A stretch of 20,101 nt of DNA from Opitutales bacterium (GTDB taxonomy: Bacteria > Verrucomicrobiota > Verrucomicrobiia > Opitutales > UBA953). The translations under genes and the position numbers were made by a program. The DNA is taken from contig JBBAUX010000003.1 of the NCBI GenBank assembly GCA_040398005.1, positions 138,400 through 158,500 of the forward strand, read 5' to 3'. This document shows positions 1 to 10,070 of this stretch, piece after piece. Each line of letters begins with the position of its first letter. Position 1 is the stretch's first letter. Below the pieces are notes generated by a model. That model was not told the DNA's origin. It worked only from the letters and a program-made list of their open reading frames with translations, and did not search any database.

Positions 1-99
1 ATTATTGATTCTAAACAGGCCCGCGACTTTATCCCGACACTGAAAGCACAAGGAGCGGAAGGTATCGTGGAATATCCTATTAATAAATTAGTCTATTAA
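1..99 (+). CDS. hisG: ATP phosphoribosyltransferase, long form, C-terminal end (5' truncated by window)
   Basis: Frame 1 reads IIDSKQARDFIPTLKAQGAEGIVEYPINKLVY*, matching the HisG C-terminal regulatory domain ending (LK..GAEGI.EYP.NK). Stop TAA at 97-99. Not in the ORF track. Confidence 0.85.
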   Translation: MIDSKQARDFIPTLKAQGAEGIVEYPINKLVY

Positions 100-106
100 T
101 CTATCC

Positions 107-976
<870 letters not shown>

Positions 977-979
977 CGC

Positions 980-2011
980 ATGTCGCTTTCACCGCGCAAA
1001 CAAGGCTTCCGCATGCCAGCGGAATGGGAAAAACAAAGTGCCACGTGGCTCTCCTGGCCTTCCAATCAAAAACTCTGGCCCGGCCATTATGATCTCGTTC
1101 CCCCTAAGTTTGCAGAATTTGCCGCAGTGATTTCTAAATTCCAACCGGTGAAAATCAACGCTTCTGGAAAACTAAAAATCGAAGCAGAAAAATTACTCAA
1201 GGAAGCACGGGCGGATTTATCGGTTATTGAGTTAGTTGATATCGGGACGGATGACGTCTGGTGCCGCGACCATGGTCCTATTTTTATTAAGAATGATCAA
1301 ACCGGTGAACTCGCGATTACCGATTGGGAGTTTCACGGGTGGGGTGGAAAATTCGAAGCCTCACTCGACAATCAAGTACCCAAAAAAATTGCTAAACATC
1401 TTGGGTTAAAATGCTTTAGCTTTGCGTTTGAGTTAGAAGGCGGAGGCATCGAGGTTACAGGTGATGGACGCTTACTCACCACCGAAGCGGTGCAAAATAA
1501 TCCTAATCGCGCCAAGGGTAGAAATGACGACGCATTTCATCAGGCCATTAAAGAAGGATTGGCGATCGATGAAATTCTTTGGATTGGTGAAGGTTTAGAT
1601 AATGATGATACCGACGGACACATCGATAACCTGGCGCGATTCATTAGTTCCGAATCAATCGTCGCGGTGACCGAACAAAATTATGATTCGCCTAATTTCC
1701 ATAGACTCCAAATAAATCTCGAGCGCTTGGGACAAATGAAAAGTAAGTCAGGTTCAAAATTTAATGTCATTCCCCTTCCGCTTCCGGAACCCATCCATTT
1801 AGCCGGTCGCGATCTTCCACCAAGCCACGCCAATTTCTTAATCGTTAATGATGGAGTGTTGGTGCCGCTTTACGGCCAGAAATCGGATGACCTAGCGATG
1901 GGTATTCTACAGGACTGCTTCCCTAAACATAAAGTGATTGGGATAGATTGCCGAGTGCTCTTGATTGAAGGCGGAGCGCTGCACTGCTTAAGCCAACAGC
2001 AGCCTGCTTAG
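980..2011 (+). CDS. aguA: Agmatine deiminase (PAD_porph family)
   Basis: RMPAEWE, WCRDHGP, LEGGGI, TDGHIDN and catalytic GGALHCLSQQQP motifs. Confidence 0.9.
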   Translation: MSLSPRKQGFRMPAEWEKQSATWLSWPSNQKLWPGHYDLVPPKFAEFAAVISKFQPVKINASGKLKIEAEKLLKEARADLSVIELVDIGTDDVWCRDHGPIFIKNDQTGELAITDWEFHGWGGKFEASLDNQVPKKIAKHLGLKCFSFAFELEGGGIEVTGDGRLLTTEAVQNNPNRAKGRNDDAFHQAIKEGLAIDEILWIGEGLDNDDTDGHIDNLARFISSESIVAVTEQNYDSPNFHRLQINLERLGQMKSKSGSKFNVIPLPLPEPIHLAGRDLPPSHANFLIVNDGVLVPLYGQKSDDLAMGILQDCFPKHKVIGIDCRVLLIEGGALHCLSQQQPA

Positions 2012-2157
2012 TTCTTCGGCTTCAGTTTATCACTACACCCACAACCACCGGCACATTTTCCGGCGCGTTGTTGTTTAAATCTTTTGACGGCTCGGTTGAT
2101 TAACCAGCCCAAAGCTGAGCCGACCAAAAAAGCAATGATGATGAACTCTAAATTCAT
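2008..2157 (-). CDS. FeoB-associated Cys-rich small membrane protein (49 aa)
   Basis: MNLEFIIIAFLVGSALGWLINRAVKRFKQQRAGKCAGGCGCSDKLKPKN: one TM helix, a basic stretch and CxxxCxC. Its ATG (2155-2157) overlaps the feoB TGA (ATGA). The ORF-track start at 2376 is too far upstream. Confidence 0.85.
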   Translation of the reverse strand: MNLEFIIIAFLVGSALGWLINRAVKRFKQQRAGKCAGGCGCSDKLKPKN

Positions 2158-4295
2158 GTGAGTCGGATAACAACTTGGTAAACAACCACGGCCATAACCC
2201 AGGCCAAGATTGTCATGTAGAAGAAGGAAATAGCGGCCCACTTCCAGCCGCCCGTTTCTTGAGCGAGGGTCGCAATCGTCGACCCACACTGAGAACATAA
2301 TGCAAAGAAAACCATGAGTGCTAAAACCGCGGCCAGCGAAAATATCGGGGTAGATTTTCTTGGACCATCCATCCACTTCGCTTCCTGCATAGCCGTGCGT
2401 AAATGTTGTGAATCCGCCCCCTTGCCGATGGAATAAGTAACGCCCAGGGTGGAGACGATTACTTCGCGTGCAGGGAAACTAGCTAAGACGCCCACGGTAA
2501 TTTTCCAGTCAAAGCCACACGGATCGAAGACCGGCTGAACCGCTTTTCCAAATCGACCCATCCAAGATTGCTCAATCATCGCCGCTTGGGTGCGGACCTG
2601 GATTTCTTGTTCAGACAAGGTTGGCTCGGCCGCTTTAATGCGATCAGACATCTGGGCATCGCGCGGGAAATAACAGAGCGCCCAAATAACAATAGTCATC
2701 GCGAAGATCACGGTTCCGGCCTTGGAAATAAATTCGGCGGCATTTTGCCACATCCGCCAAAGCACATCGCTTGGCTTGGGCATCTGATAGCGTGGCAGTT
2801 CTAAAACAAACGGCTGCGGTTTCACTTTTAAGAGATAACGCGTCAGCACAAACGCGGTCGGTACCGCAAAAATTAATCCGACACAATGCATGCCAACCAT
2901 GACGACCGATTCCCAACCAGGGCCATAGAGTGGACCGATAAACGCGGCACACATTAATGCATAAATAGGGAAACGCGCCGAACAACTCATGAACGGCACC
3001 GCAAAGGCGGTAGCTAAACGAGCTTTCGGATCTTCGATGGTGCGGGTCGAAAGCAATCCAGGAATGGCACAAGCAAACCCCGAGAGTAAGGGAACGAAAC
3101 TTTTTCCATTAAGCCCACACCAACTAAATAACCGATCCATAATGAAGGCGGCTCGGGCCATGTATCCGCTATCTTCTAAAATCCCTATGAATAAAAATAA
3201 TATTAATATTTGGGGAAGAAATACTAAGAATGCACCTACGCCTGCAATAATACCATCGGTGACTAAACTTTGTAACATGGGGGTGCCCGCTAAGGCTGGG
3301 GCAATCGTTACCTTTAAAAAATCAACGCCGGCCTGAATCCACTGCATGGGAAATTTTGCCAGCCAGAAAACTGCGGCGAATAACCCGAGCATAATTCCAG
3401 TAAATAAAATGGGGCCAATCACGCGGTGTAATAATACGCGATCGAGGGCGGCGGCATTGCCCTCTTTTCCAGTGCCTCCTGTGATTACTCCCTCGAGAAC
3501 TTTTCTGAGGTGCGCGTAATGAATTAATGGTTCAGCGGCCAAAGGATTATATCCTGCCGCACGCACTTGATTGCGAGCCTGACGGACGACTGATTCGCGT
3601 TGGTGCTGCGTCCACCCTAAACGTTCGCTCGTATGTAGATTCGAACTAAATAAAATTCTTTGGGCATCGGCCGAAGAAGGGGCTTGGCCGGTATCGGTCT
3701 GGACAGCTTGCACAATCGTGCCGAGGGCAGACTCAACTTGGCTGGGCCAAGTTAATCGTGTCATCTTCGATTTTCTATTTAAGACCTCAGCGATTGCGCG
3801 TCTGACCGAAGCGATACCTTCACCCTTCCACGCAGAAATAAGAACCACAGGAACGCCTCCAAGGCGCTGCGACAAAAGTTGGGTGTCAATTTTTAGTCCC
3901 TGCTCATGGGCAATGTCGGCCTGATTTAAAACTAAGGCTAATGGCAAATTGAGTTCGGCTAACTGTGATGCTAAAAATAAATTTCTGAGTAAATTGGTGG
4001 CATCTAAAACTACGACAATCGCATCCGGTTGTTGGCTTCCTTCAAGTGATCCAAGTAAAACATCGGTCACCACTTGTTCATCGGGCGAAACCGCAGCGAG
4101 TGAATACAATCCAGGCAAGTCAACTAACTCTACTTTCAGTCCATCACCACAGTCACACCGACCAGACTTTCGGGCGACGGTCACACCTGGATAATTTCCA
4201 ACTTTTTGACGAAGCCCAGTCAGTGCGTTAAACAAAGTAGATTTGCCCGTGTTAGGATTCCCAACCAACGCGACGGTAGTTTGTTTGGAACTCAT
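2154..4295 (-). CDS. feoB: Ferrous iron transporter FeoB
   Basis: G1 GNPNTGKS, G2 NYPGVTV, G3 DLPG, then a membrane domain with LEDSGYMARAAF, GFAC, MSCSAR and FVLELP. Confidence 0.97.
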   Translation of the reverse strand: MSSKQTTVALVGNPNTGKSTLFNALTGLRQKVGNYPGVTVARKSGRCDCGDGLKVELVDLPGLYSLAAVSPDEQVVTDVLLGSLEGSQQPDAIVVVLDATNLLRNLFLASQLAELNLPLALVLNQADIAHEQGLKIDTQLLSQRLGGVPVVLISAWKGEGIASVRRAIAEVLNRKSKMTRLTWPSQVESALGTIVQAVQTDTGQAPSSADAQRILFSSNLHTSERLGWTQHQRESVVRQARNQVRAAGYNPLAAEPLIHYAHLRKVLEGVITGGTGKEGNAAALDRVLLHRVIGPILFTGIMLGLFAAVFWLAKFPMQWIQAGVDFLKVTIAPALAGTPMLQSLVTDGIIAGVGAFLVFLPQILILFLFIGILEDSGYMARAAFIMDRLFSWCGLNGKSFVPLLSGFACAIPGLLSTRTIEDPKARLATAFAVPFMSCSARFPIYALMCAAFIGPLYGPGWESVVMVGMHCVGLIFAVPTAFVLTRYLLKVKPQPFVLELPRYQMPKPSDVLWRMWQNAAEFISKAGTVIFAMTIVIWALCYFPRDAQMSDRIKAAEPTLSEQEIQVRTQAAMIEQSWMGRFGKAVQPVFDPCGFDWKITVGVLASFPAREVIVSTLGVTYSIGKGADSQHLRTAMQEAKWMDGPRKSTPIFSLAAVLALMVFFALCSQCGSTIATLAQETGGWKWAAISFFYMTILAWVMAVVVYQVVIRLT

Positions 4296-4555
4296 AGAGT
4301 TTTCTTAGGACGCTGGATGGGACAATCGGCAGCGACATCGACGATTAAACTTTCAGCCTCGGCTAATCTCAAACTAACCACCTGACCACCAAACTCGATA
4401 GCTAGAGGGTCACCCAATGGGGCACGACGAACCAACTTCAAAGCCATACCAGGAAGGAGTCCCAAGGCCATCAACCGCTGATCCACCGGTTGGTCGGGGT
4501 TGAGCGATACCAACTTGCCGAATTGGCCGGGTAATAATTGAGAAAGTGGAGTCAC
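4292..4555 (-). CDS. feoA: Ferrous iron transport protein FeoA
   Basis: RLMALGLLPG...RRAPLGDP...SLR..EA FeoA signature; GTG start; stop overlaps the feoB start (ATGA). Confidence 0.93.
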   Translation of the reverse strand: MTPLSQLLPGQFGKLVSLNPDQPVDQRLMALGLLPGMALKLVRRAPLGDPLAIEFGGQVVSLRLAEAESLIVDVAADCPIQRPKKTL

Positions 4556-4560
4556 GCTAA

Positions 4561-4577
4561 TTGAGACTGAGTCTCAA
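4561..4577. promoter_or_regulatory. Perfect 8-1-8 palindrome TTGAGACT-G-AGTCTCAA, probable iron-responsive (Fur-like) operator of the feo operon
   Basis: Perfect inverted repeat 5 nt upstream of the feoA GTG and just downstream of the predicted -10. Resembles the Fur 7-1-7 box TGATAAT-N-ATTATCA. Confidence 0.75.
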
Positions 4578-4578
4578 A

Positions 4579-4606
4579 AAGGTAAACTTTGAGGCCATTT
4601 TGTCAA
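4579..4606 (-). promoter_or_regulatory. Sigma70-type promoter for feoAB
   Basis: On the minus strand: TTGACA (4601-4606), 16-nt spacer, TACCTT (4579-4584). Confidence 0.65.
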
Positions 4607-4642
4607 TCTCCCACCTTACTTATCCCCTAAAATCGTTAAATT

Positions 4643-5410
4643 TTAGAGGTCGGCCTCACACTTAACTGAGACTGGGCAATGATCTGACCCCATAACCTGT
4701 GCATGGATTTCGGGCTGACTCCAAGACAAGTTCCCTGAAGCGAGGCAGTAATCCAAGCGCCACCCAATATTTCGCTCCCGAATACCTGGGCGATAGCTCC
4801 ACCAACTGTAAGCCTTTTCTTGAGTGGGATTGGCCGCCCTAAAGGTATCAACCATGCCCTGGTCAGAGAGAAGTTTAGAAAATGAATTTCGCTCTTCCTC
4901 CGTGAATCCAGCGTTCCGTCGATTCTGTGCCGGATTTGCTAAATCGATTTCCGCATGTGCTACATTTAAATCACCACAAACGATTACCGATTTCTTCTTA
5001 CTTAATTGGGATAAGTGTTTTTGAAAGTCATCATCCCACATTAAGCGATAATCTAAGCGCTCTAAATCACGCTGCGAGTTAGGAACATAGGCACTGATGA
5101 CATAACAGGTTTTAAATTCAGCAGTAATCACGCGACCTTCGCGTGGGTGATTACCGGGAAAATCGTTGGTCACTGAGAGAGGATTGGTTTTCGCTAAGAT
5201 GGCAGTACCAGAATATCCCTTCTTTTCCGCCTCGTGCCAAAACTGATAAGGGAAATCGAGGCCTAAAGTTTTGGCGATGGCCGATTCGCACTTCGTTTCC
5301 TGCAAACACAATACATCGGGGGAGTGTTGATGAATAAAGTTTGTGAGGCCTTTGCCATGGGCCGATCTAACACCGTTAACATTCCAAGAATAAATTTTTA
5401 CAGAACTCAC
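4643..5410 (-). CDS. xth: Exodeoxyribonuclease III / AP endonuclease
   Basis: SWNVNG, LQETK, GYSGTA, YVPN, GDLNVAH, SWWSYR, GWRLDY and GSDHCP motifs; GTG start. Confidence 0.95.
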   Translation of the reverse strand: MSSVKIYSWNVNGVRSAHGKGLTNFIHQHSPDVLCLQETKCESAIAKTLGLDFPYQFWHEAEKKGYSGTAILAKTNPLSVTNDFPGNHPREGRVITAEFKTCYVISAYVPNSQRDLERLDYRLMWDDDFQKHLSQLSKKKSVIVCGDLNVAHAEIDLANPAQNRRNAGFTEEERNSFSKLLSDQGMVDTFRAANPTQEKAYSWWSYRPGIRERNIGWRLDYCLASGNLSWSQPEIHAQVMGSDHCPVSVKCEADL

Positions 5411-6231
5411 TTTTTATTATTCTTATTTTTGGTTTTATCTTTTTCGGAAGAGCTGGTGCCTTGTGAAAATAACGCATTCATCTTATCGTCTAAAGATCGG
5501 CTCTTCGGTTCCGTGGCCGCTTCAGTCGGTTCGGGTTCAGCAGCTGGCGTCGGGTCGTTTTTAGGGGACAGGCTTGGTGAATTAAGGGGTGCGGGCGGGG
5601 CGTTTTTAACGGGAACTACGAGTTTGGGTTTTACTGGAGGAATGTAATTTTCTCCGGGACGGACAAACGGGGCTAAGGTGTTATTTCCTTGGGCGGCCAA
5701 CTCATTAATTTTTTCGCGTACGAGAACATCGAAGTTTGTCAGCTGGCTATCGATTTCGAATTTTAGGTTTTTTGCCCTGACTTCCAATTTTCCATCACCG
5801 TAGACTTTTGAAAGCTGTAAAACGTCGCCTGCATTCAATGGAAGATCTGCGATTTTTTTGTTTTTCTCTAGGAGGGGTACAGCCGTGTTAGTTAAAACTT
5901 TCACGGCACTCGGCCAAAAAATGGGGCGTTCGTTAATAGCGGTGTAATCTAGCTGCGGTAAATTGCCCGATGTGTTTTCTTTAGCTTCGATGACCGCAAT
6001 ATTATTAGCAGGCACGTTTTCTTCTTCTTTAATGATAACGGGTGTGGGCGCCTCATCCTCTTTTTTAATGGGAGGTAGAACGGCAACCGGCACTTCTACG
6101 ACTGGATCAGATTTTATAGTGTGAGTGTTTGCGGGGACATTGGTCAGCACGCAGGTGAAGGTAGGCTGACTAATAACTGTCGCGAGCGAGCCCAACGCAA
6201 CACCCAGTAAAAAGATGATGAAATACTTCAT
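5407..6231 (-). CDS. Hypothetical exported or membrane-anchored protein with Pro-rich linkers (about 274 aa)
   Basis: Long ORF filling the guaB-xth gap. Likely start MKYFIIFLLGVALGSL (signal or anchor) at 6231; stop overlaps the xth GTG (GTGA). Confidence 0.75.
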   Translation of the reverse strand: MKYFIIFLLGVALGSLATVISQPTFTCVLTNVPANTHTIKSDPVVEVPVAVLPPIKKEDEAPTPVIIKEEENVPANNIAVIEAKENTSGNLPQLDYTAINERPIFWPSAVKVLTNTAVPLLEKNKKIADLPLNAGDVLQLSKVYGDGKLEVRAKNLKFEIDSQLTNFDVLVREKINELAAQGNNTLAPFVRPGENYIPPVKPKLVVPVKNAPPAPLNSPSLSPKNDPTPAAEPEPTEAATEPKSRSLDDKMNALFSQGTSSSEKDKTKNKNNKK

Positions 6232-6247
6232 GTGAAGGGCGATGCTC

Positions 6248-7825
6248 TTACGAACCGGCTTTAATTTCAATCACATCATGCGGGGCAGCCTCTCTTTGTC
6301 CCGCGGGGGTAATTCTGATGTAGCGTGCATTTGCACGAAGTTCAGTTAGATTTTCCGCGCCCAAATATCCAAGCCCGCTTTGTACGCCGCCCGCGAGTGG
6401 GGCGAGGACCTGATCAACGGAACCAGTGACTTCTTTAAGTGCCTCGATGCCCTCAGGTGCTACTTTGTTTAGTTTCGCCGAAGTATTGTTGTGACCATAG
6501 CGCGTAGCCGACCCCTTGCGCATGGCCTCTAAGGAACCCATGCCTCGATACTCTTTATAAGTCTTACCATTAATTTCCATGAGTTTGCCTGGAGCTTCGC
6601 GACACCCCGCAAGCAATCCACCTAAAATTACCGTGTCGGCGAGCGTGAGTGCCTTAACAATATCTCCGCTCTTAGAAATACCGCCATCAGCAATAATTCG
6701 CACACCAGATTTTGCGGCGGCGCGCGATGCAACATAGAGTGCGGTTAATTGCGGAATACCAACGCCTGCAACCATACGCGTAGTGCAAATCGAACCGGGG
6801 CCCTGTCCTATTTTAATCGCATCAGCTCCCGCAGCGGCCAAAAAATCTACACCGGCACCACTGGTAACATTTCCAGCAATCAGTGTCGCGGCCTTGAATT
6901 GTTTTCTTAATAGTTTTAGCGCATCACCGACGCCCTTAGTAAAACCGTGGGCCGTAGAAATAGCCAAAGCATCGGCACCTTCTTCAATCAGTGCGGCGGC
7001 GTGAATAAGAAGAGCATTTTTATCAACTTCTCCATCGGGGTTACGTGGTACGTTAATGGCGACGCCGACACGTAAGCGGAAATCGCTGTCGCGAGTTGGG
7101 CGGACATGAGCGCGGGACTCTTCGGAAATTCTCTCGATGTCACTCAATGTAAACAGGCCTTTCAGCTGGTTCTTAGCATCGACCACGAGTAGTTTATTTT
7201 GGCCAACGTTTTCCGAAAACAATCGATCCGCCTTCGCAATTGGATCCTTACCTAGATCTTTTTCAAAGACTACAAAGACCTTGTCGCGCGGCGTCATCAC
7301 TTCGGCTACTTTACGTTTTCCGTGTCTTTCTTTAACCGTACTTCCGGGTAACAGACCTAATAGAGTATTATCTTTGGAAACTACGGGGAATGTGCTGAAG
7401 GCAAGTCCTTCGATTTCAATGCGATGAAGAACTTCAGCAATCGTGAGCTCTGGGGAAACAACGGCAGGGTCGCCAATCATTCCGTGAATATGATTCTTCA
7501 CTCGGCGTACTTCTTTAATTTGTTCGGCCGATGACATATTATAATGGAGCAGGCCGAGACCGCCATTGAGTGCCATCGCAATCGCCATTTGATGTTCGGT
7601 CACGGTGTCCATGTCGGACGACACAATCGGAAGTGATAGGCTTATGCTGTCGGATAAGGATGAGTCTAAGCGTGTCATGCGCGGTAGAACTTCGGAGTAA
7701 TTAGTCGCCAGAGAGACGTCGTCATACGTCAAACCCAGCCCTGCATTAGCCGCAAAGAATGGATCGGCGGGAAGAAAGAAGCGTTCGTCGAGAGAAACGC
7801 GACTTTTGTTTTTTGAGGAAGCCAT
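6248..7825 (-). CDS. guaB: Inosine-5'-monophosphate dehydrogenase with CBS subdomain
   Basis: GLTYDDV, MDTVTE, catalytic [22 protein letters not shown], flap RY dyad, PEG. Start chosen at MASSK (7825); the ORF track extends to 7843. Confidence 0.92.
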   Translation of the reverse strand: MASSKNKSRVSLDERFFLPADPFFAANAGLGLTYDDVSLATNYSEVLPRMTRLDSSLSDSISLSLPIVSSDMDTVTEHQMAIAMALNGGLGLLHYNMSSAEQIKEVRRVKNHIHGMIGDPAVVSPELTIAEVLHRIEIEGLAFSTFPVVSKDNTLLGLLPGSTVKERHGKRKVAEVMTPRDKVFVVFEKDLGKDPIAKADRLFSENVGQNKLLVVDAKNQLKGLFTLSDIERISEESRAHVRPTRDSDFRLRVGVAINVPRNPDGEVDKNALLIHAAALIEEGADALAISTAHGFTKGVGDALKLLRKQFKAATLIAGNVTSGAGVDFLAAAGADAIKIGQGPGSICTTRMVAGVGIPQLTALYVASRAAAKSGVRIIADGGISKSGDIVKALTLADTVILGGLLAGCREAPGKLMEINGKTYKEYRGMGSLEAMRKGSATRYGHNNTSAKLNKVAPEGIEALKEVTGSVDQVLAPLAGGVQSGLGYLGAENLTELRANARYIRITPAGQREAAPHDVIEIKAGS

Positions 7826-7882
7826 AGGTGTCGGTTTCCCCAAAGGGTGTTAAACATAGTTCACTAGGGTGGCAAATTGATT

Positions 7883-7910
7883 TTGCTCCTTGGTTAAATT
7901 TAAAGATACT
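7883..7910 (+). promoter_or_regulatory. Possible promoter for menCE (leaderless-type spacing)
   Basis: TTGCTC (7883-7888), 16-nt spacer, GATACT (7905-7910), then 7 nt to the ATG at 7918. Confidence 0.35.
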
Positions 7911-7917
7911 TAAGGGA

Positions 7918-8868
7918 ATGAACGACGGAAAATACGAGTTTTTGAGGGTACGCCGAGAATTTCGTCATCCGTTTGTCACCGCTGTAGGCAGTTTCACGGA
8001 AGTGGAAAGAATCTTAATCAAAACCGAAATGGATGGAAAGATTGGCTTCGGCGAAGTTGCCCCTTGGCCTAATTTTGATACCGATAGCATTTCAGAGTGT
8101 CTCGACCTGCTTAATTCATTCGCCGGAAATTTACATAAATTAAACGCACACTTAAAAGAGTTAGAGGGCGAGTTTCCTTGTTTACGTGCCGCACTCTCCT
8201 CCTGTCGTCATTGGGAAGAAATCGTAAATTTTAATAAAAAAACTTCCTGGGCGGGACTTGTTTCCGAACCGACAGAGGAAAGTATTGGAAGAAAAATAGC
8301 TGAGGGTTTTAAAACACTTAAGCTTAAAATTTCTCCCCTTACTTCTTTTTCCTATATTAAATCTTTAATCTCTGCGGCCCCGAAGAATATTATTTTTCGC
8401 CTAGATGCTAATGGAAGTCTTAACTTACAAGAAGCAGAACAATGGGTAAATTTTGCGCTTTCTTCGGATCAAGTGGAATTCATTGAACAACCGCTTCCGG
8501 TAAATCACCCGGGATATAATCAGTTAGATACTAAAAAAATCGCACTCGATGAGTCTTTCATTTCTCCCCATGAATTTAATTGGGCGGGCCCAGTAGTCGT
8601 CAAACCCTCCCTGGTGGGCGATTGGGATGTTTTTTTAGCATGGCGTAAAACCCATTCTAACAAAGTCATTTATTCGTCTGTCTTTGAAACCGCCTTCGGC
8701 CGCCAGGCGGGACTTTGGCTGGCTCATCTTGACCCGGCTGTGGGCACAGTGGGCTTCGATACCTTAAACCAATTTAAAGACGATGGCTTAGACCGCCATC
8801 AATCCGGTCCGGTGGTGGGAGGATTATCAAACTTCGATTGGCTAGAATTATGGAGGAAATTTAAATGA
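7918..8868 (+). CDS. menC: o-succinylbenzoate synthase (enolase superfamily)
   Basis: GFGEVAPWP, KxK motif (TLKLKI), RLDANG, EQP, ALDES, VVKP, SSVFET; adjacent to menE. The ATG at 7918 is preferred over 7828. Confidence 0.82.
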   Translation: MNDGKYEFLRVRREFRHPFVTAVGSFTEVERILIKTEMDGKIGFGEVAPWPNFDTDSISECLDLLNSFAGNLHKLNAHLKELEGEFPCLRAALSSCRHWEEIVNFNKKTSWAGLVSEPTEESIGRKIAEGFKTLKLKISPLTSFSYIKSLISAAPKNIIFRLDANGSLNLQEAEQWVNFALSSDQVEFIEQPLPVNHPGYNQLDTKKIALDESFISPHEFNWAGPVVVKPSLVGDWDVFLAWRKTHSNKVIYSSVFETAFGRQAGLWLAHLDPAVGTVGFDTLNQFKDDGLDRHQSGPVVGGLSNFDWLELWRKFK

Positions 8869-10070
8869 AATCAGTGGCTGTCTTTCACGCGGATCCAAAG
8901 AAGTATTTAGAAGAGGTTCTTACGGCACACTCGATTGGTCGCCCGGTTTTTTTAGGAAATCCCAACTGGGGTCCCACGGAATTAAAAAGCGCCTCTCAAC
9001 TCATTCCAAAGGAAACTATTATTGAGGGAATACAACTCACACCCCAAGGCACCGCTCCAGCCAATTGGCCCGAGGCATGGATGGATTGTCTTTTTATTCC
9101 GACGGGTGGCACGGGTGGTAAGGTTAAGTTCGTTATTCATAATACCAAAACCCTGCGAGCCGCCGCCTTAGGATTACGCGACGCCTTGGTGGCACGCGGA
9201 CTGAGTTCGATACTTCACGGCGCTAGTTTCACTCCACCCTATCACGTCAGCGGATTAATGCCTGTAATGCGCGCTCAATTTACAGGCGGTAACTATGGCC
9301 ACTACGATGGACGTTTCCTACCCAATCAATCTCTACCCGAAATTAAATTACCGGCAGGGGGTACTAAAATAGCTTCGTTAGTACACACTCAAATTTCGCG
9401 AATACTTGAGCACCCCGAGGGCTTAAAATGGTTAAAACAGTTTGATGTAATTTTATTAGGCGGAGCCGCGGTTCCACAACCAGTCATCGAGGCGATTCGA
9501 AATCACCACCTGCCCGTCTACGCTAGTTATGGAATGACCGAAACGGCCGCGCTTTGTGCGTTTTGTCCGCCCGAAAAAATTTGGCGCGATGGACCTCTCC
9601 GAGGCTATCCCCTGCCCGGGGTAAAATTTACCGAAGTTAATCACCATATCTGCATCCATTCACCCGCTTGTGGTTTAGGCTATTGGCTTGGTGAAAAATT
9701 CTCCATCCCTTATACTTCGGGAGATCTAGGACATGTTAATGCCGATGGTACGGTAGAAATTTTTGGTCGCGGCGACCGGATTATTAATTCCGGTGGAGAA
9801 AAAATTGATCCATCGCGTGTTGAAGATGTTTTAAAGGCAACGGGACTCGTAAAAGATATTTTTGTCTTCGGCGTGATTGATGCACAGTGGGGCCAACGCG
9901 TCGTCGCTTGTGTCGTCGCCAGCGAATATAATTCAGCGGCCCTTAAAAAAGCCGTGGAGGTTTTAGAACCCGCCGCCCGTCCTAAAAATTATATTTTTGT
10001 CGAAAAAATCCCGCTCGATGCTCGCGGAAAATTTAATCGCCTCGCTGCCGAAAAACTTTTGCGGGTTTAG
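8865..10070 (+). CDS. menE: o-succinylbenzoate-CoA ligase (AMP-binding family)
   Basis: P-loop variant [45 protein letters not shown], terminal GK; ATGA overlap with menC. Confidence 0.8.
   Translation: MKSVAVFHADPKKYLEEVLTAHSIGRPVFLGNPNWGPTELKSASQLIPKETIIEGIQLTPQGTAPANWPEAWMDCLFIPTGGTGGKVKFVIHNTKTLRAAALGLRDALVARGLSSILHGASFTPPYHVSGLMPVMRAQFTGGNYGHYDGRFLPNQSLPEIKLPAGGTKIASLVHTQISRILEHPEGLKWLKQFDVILLGGAAVPQPVIEAIRNHHLPVYASYGMTETAALCAFCPPEKIWRDGPLRGYPLPGVKFTEVNHHICIHSPACGLGYWLGEKFSIPYTSGDLGHVNADGTVEIFGRGDRIINSGGEKIDPSRVEDVLKATGLVKDIFVFGVIDAQWGQRVVACVVASEYNSAALKKAVEVLEPAARPKNYIFVEKIPLDARGKFNRLAAEKLLRV

Noticed and set aside
3915..3930. FeoB G4 motif reads NQAD rather than the common NMxD
   Set aside because: The key Asn and Asp of NxxD are kept, so this is within normal variation.
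5490..5645. Pro/Ala/Glu-rich low-complexity coding stretch resembling a repeat
   Set aside because: There is no regular nucleotide repeat unit; it is a disordered protein linker.
6248..7825. Alternative assignment of guaB as GMP reductase
   Set aside because: It retains the mobile-flap Arg-Tyr dyad (ATRYG) and the GSICTTR loop typical of IMPDH.
7826..7917. Possible purine-sensing riboswitch upstream of guaB
   Set aside because: The spacer is only 92 nt and is shared with divergent menC. I see only tiny hairpins, no recognisable aptamer consensus and no terminator.
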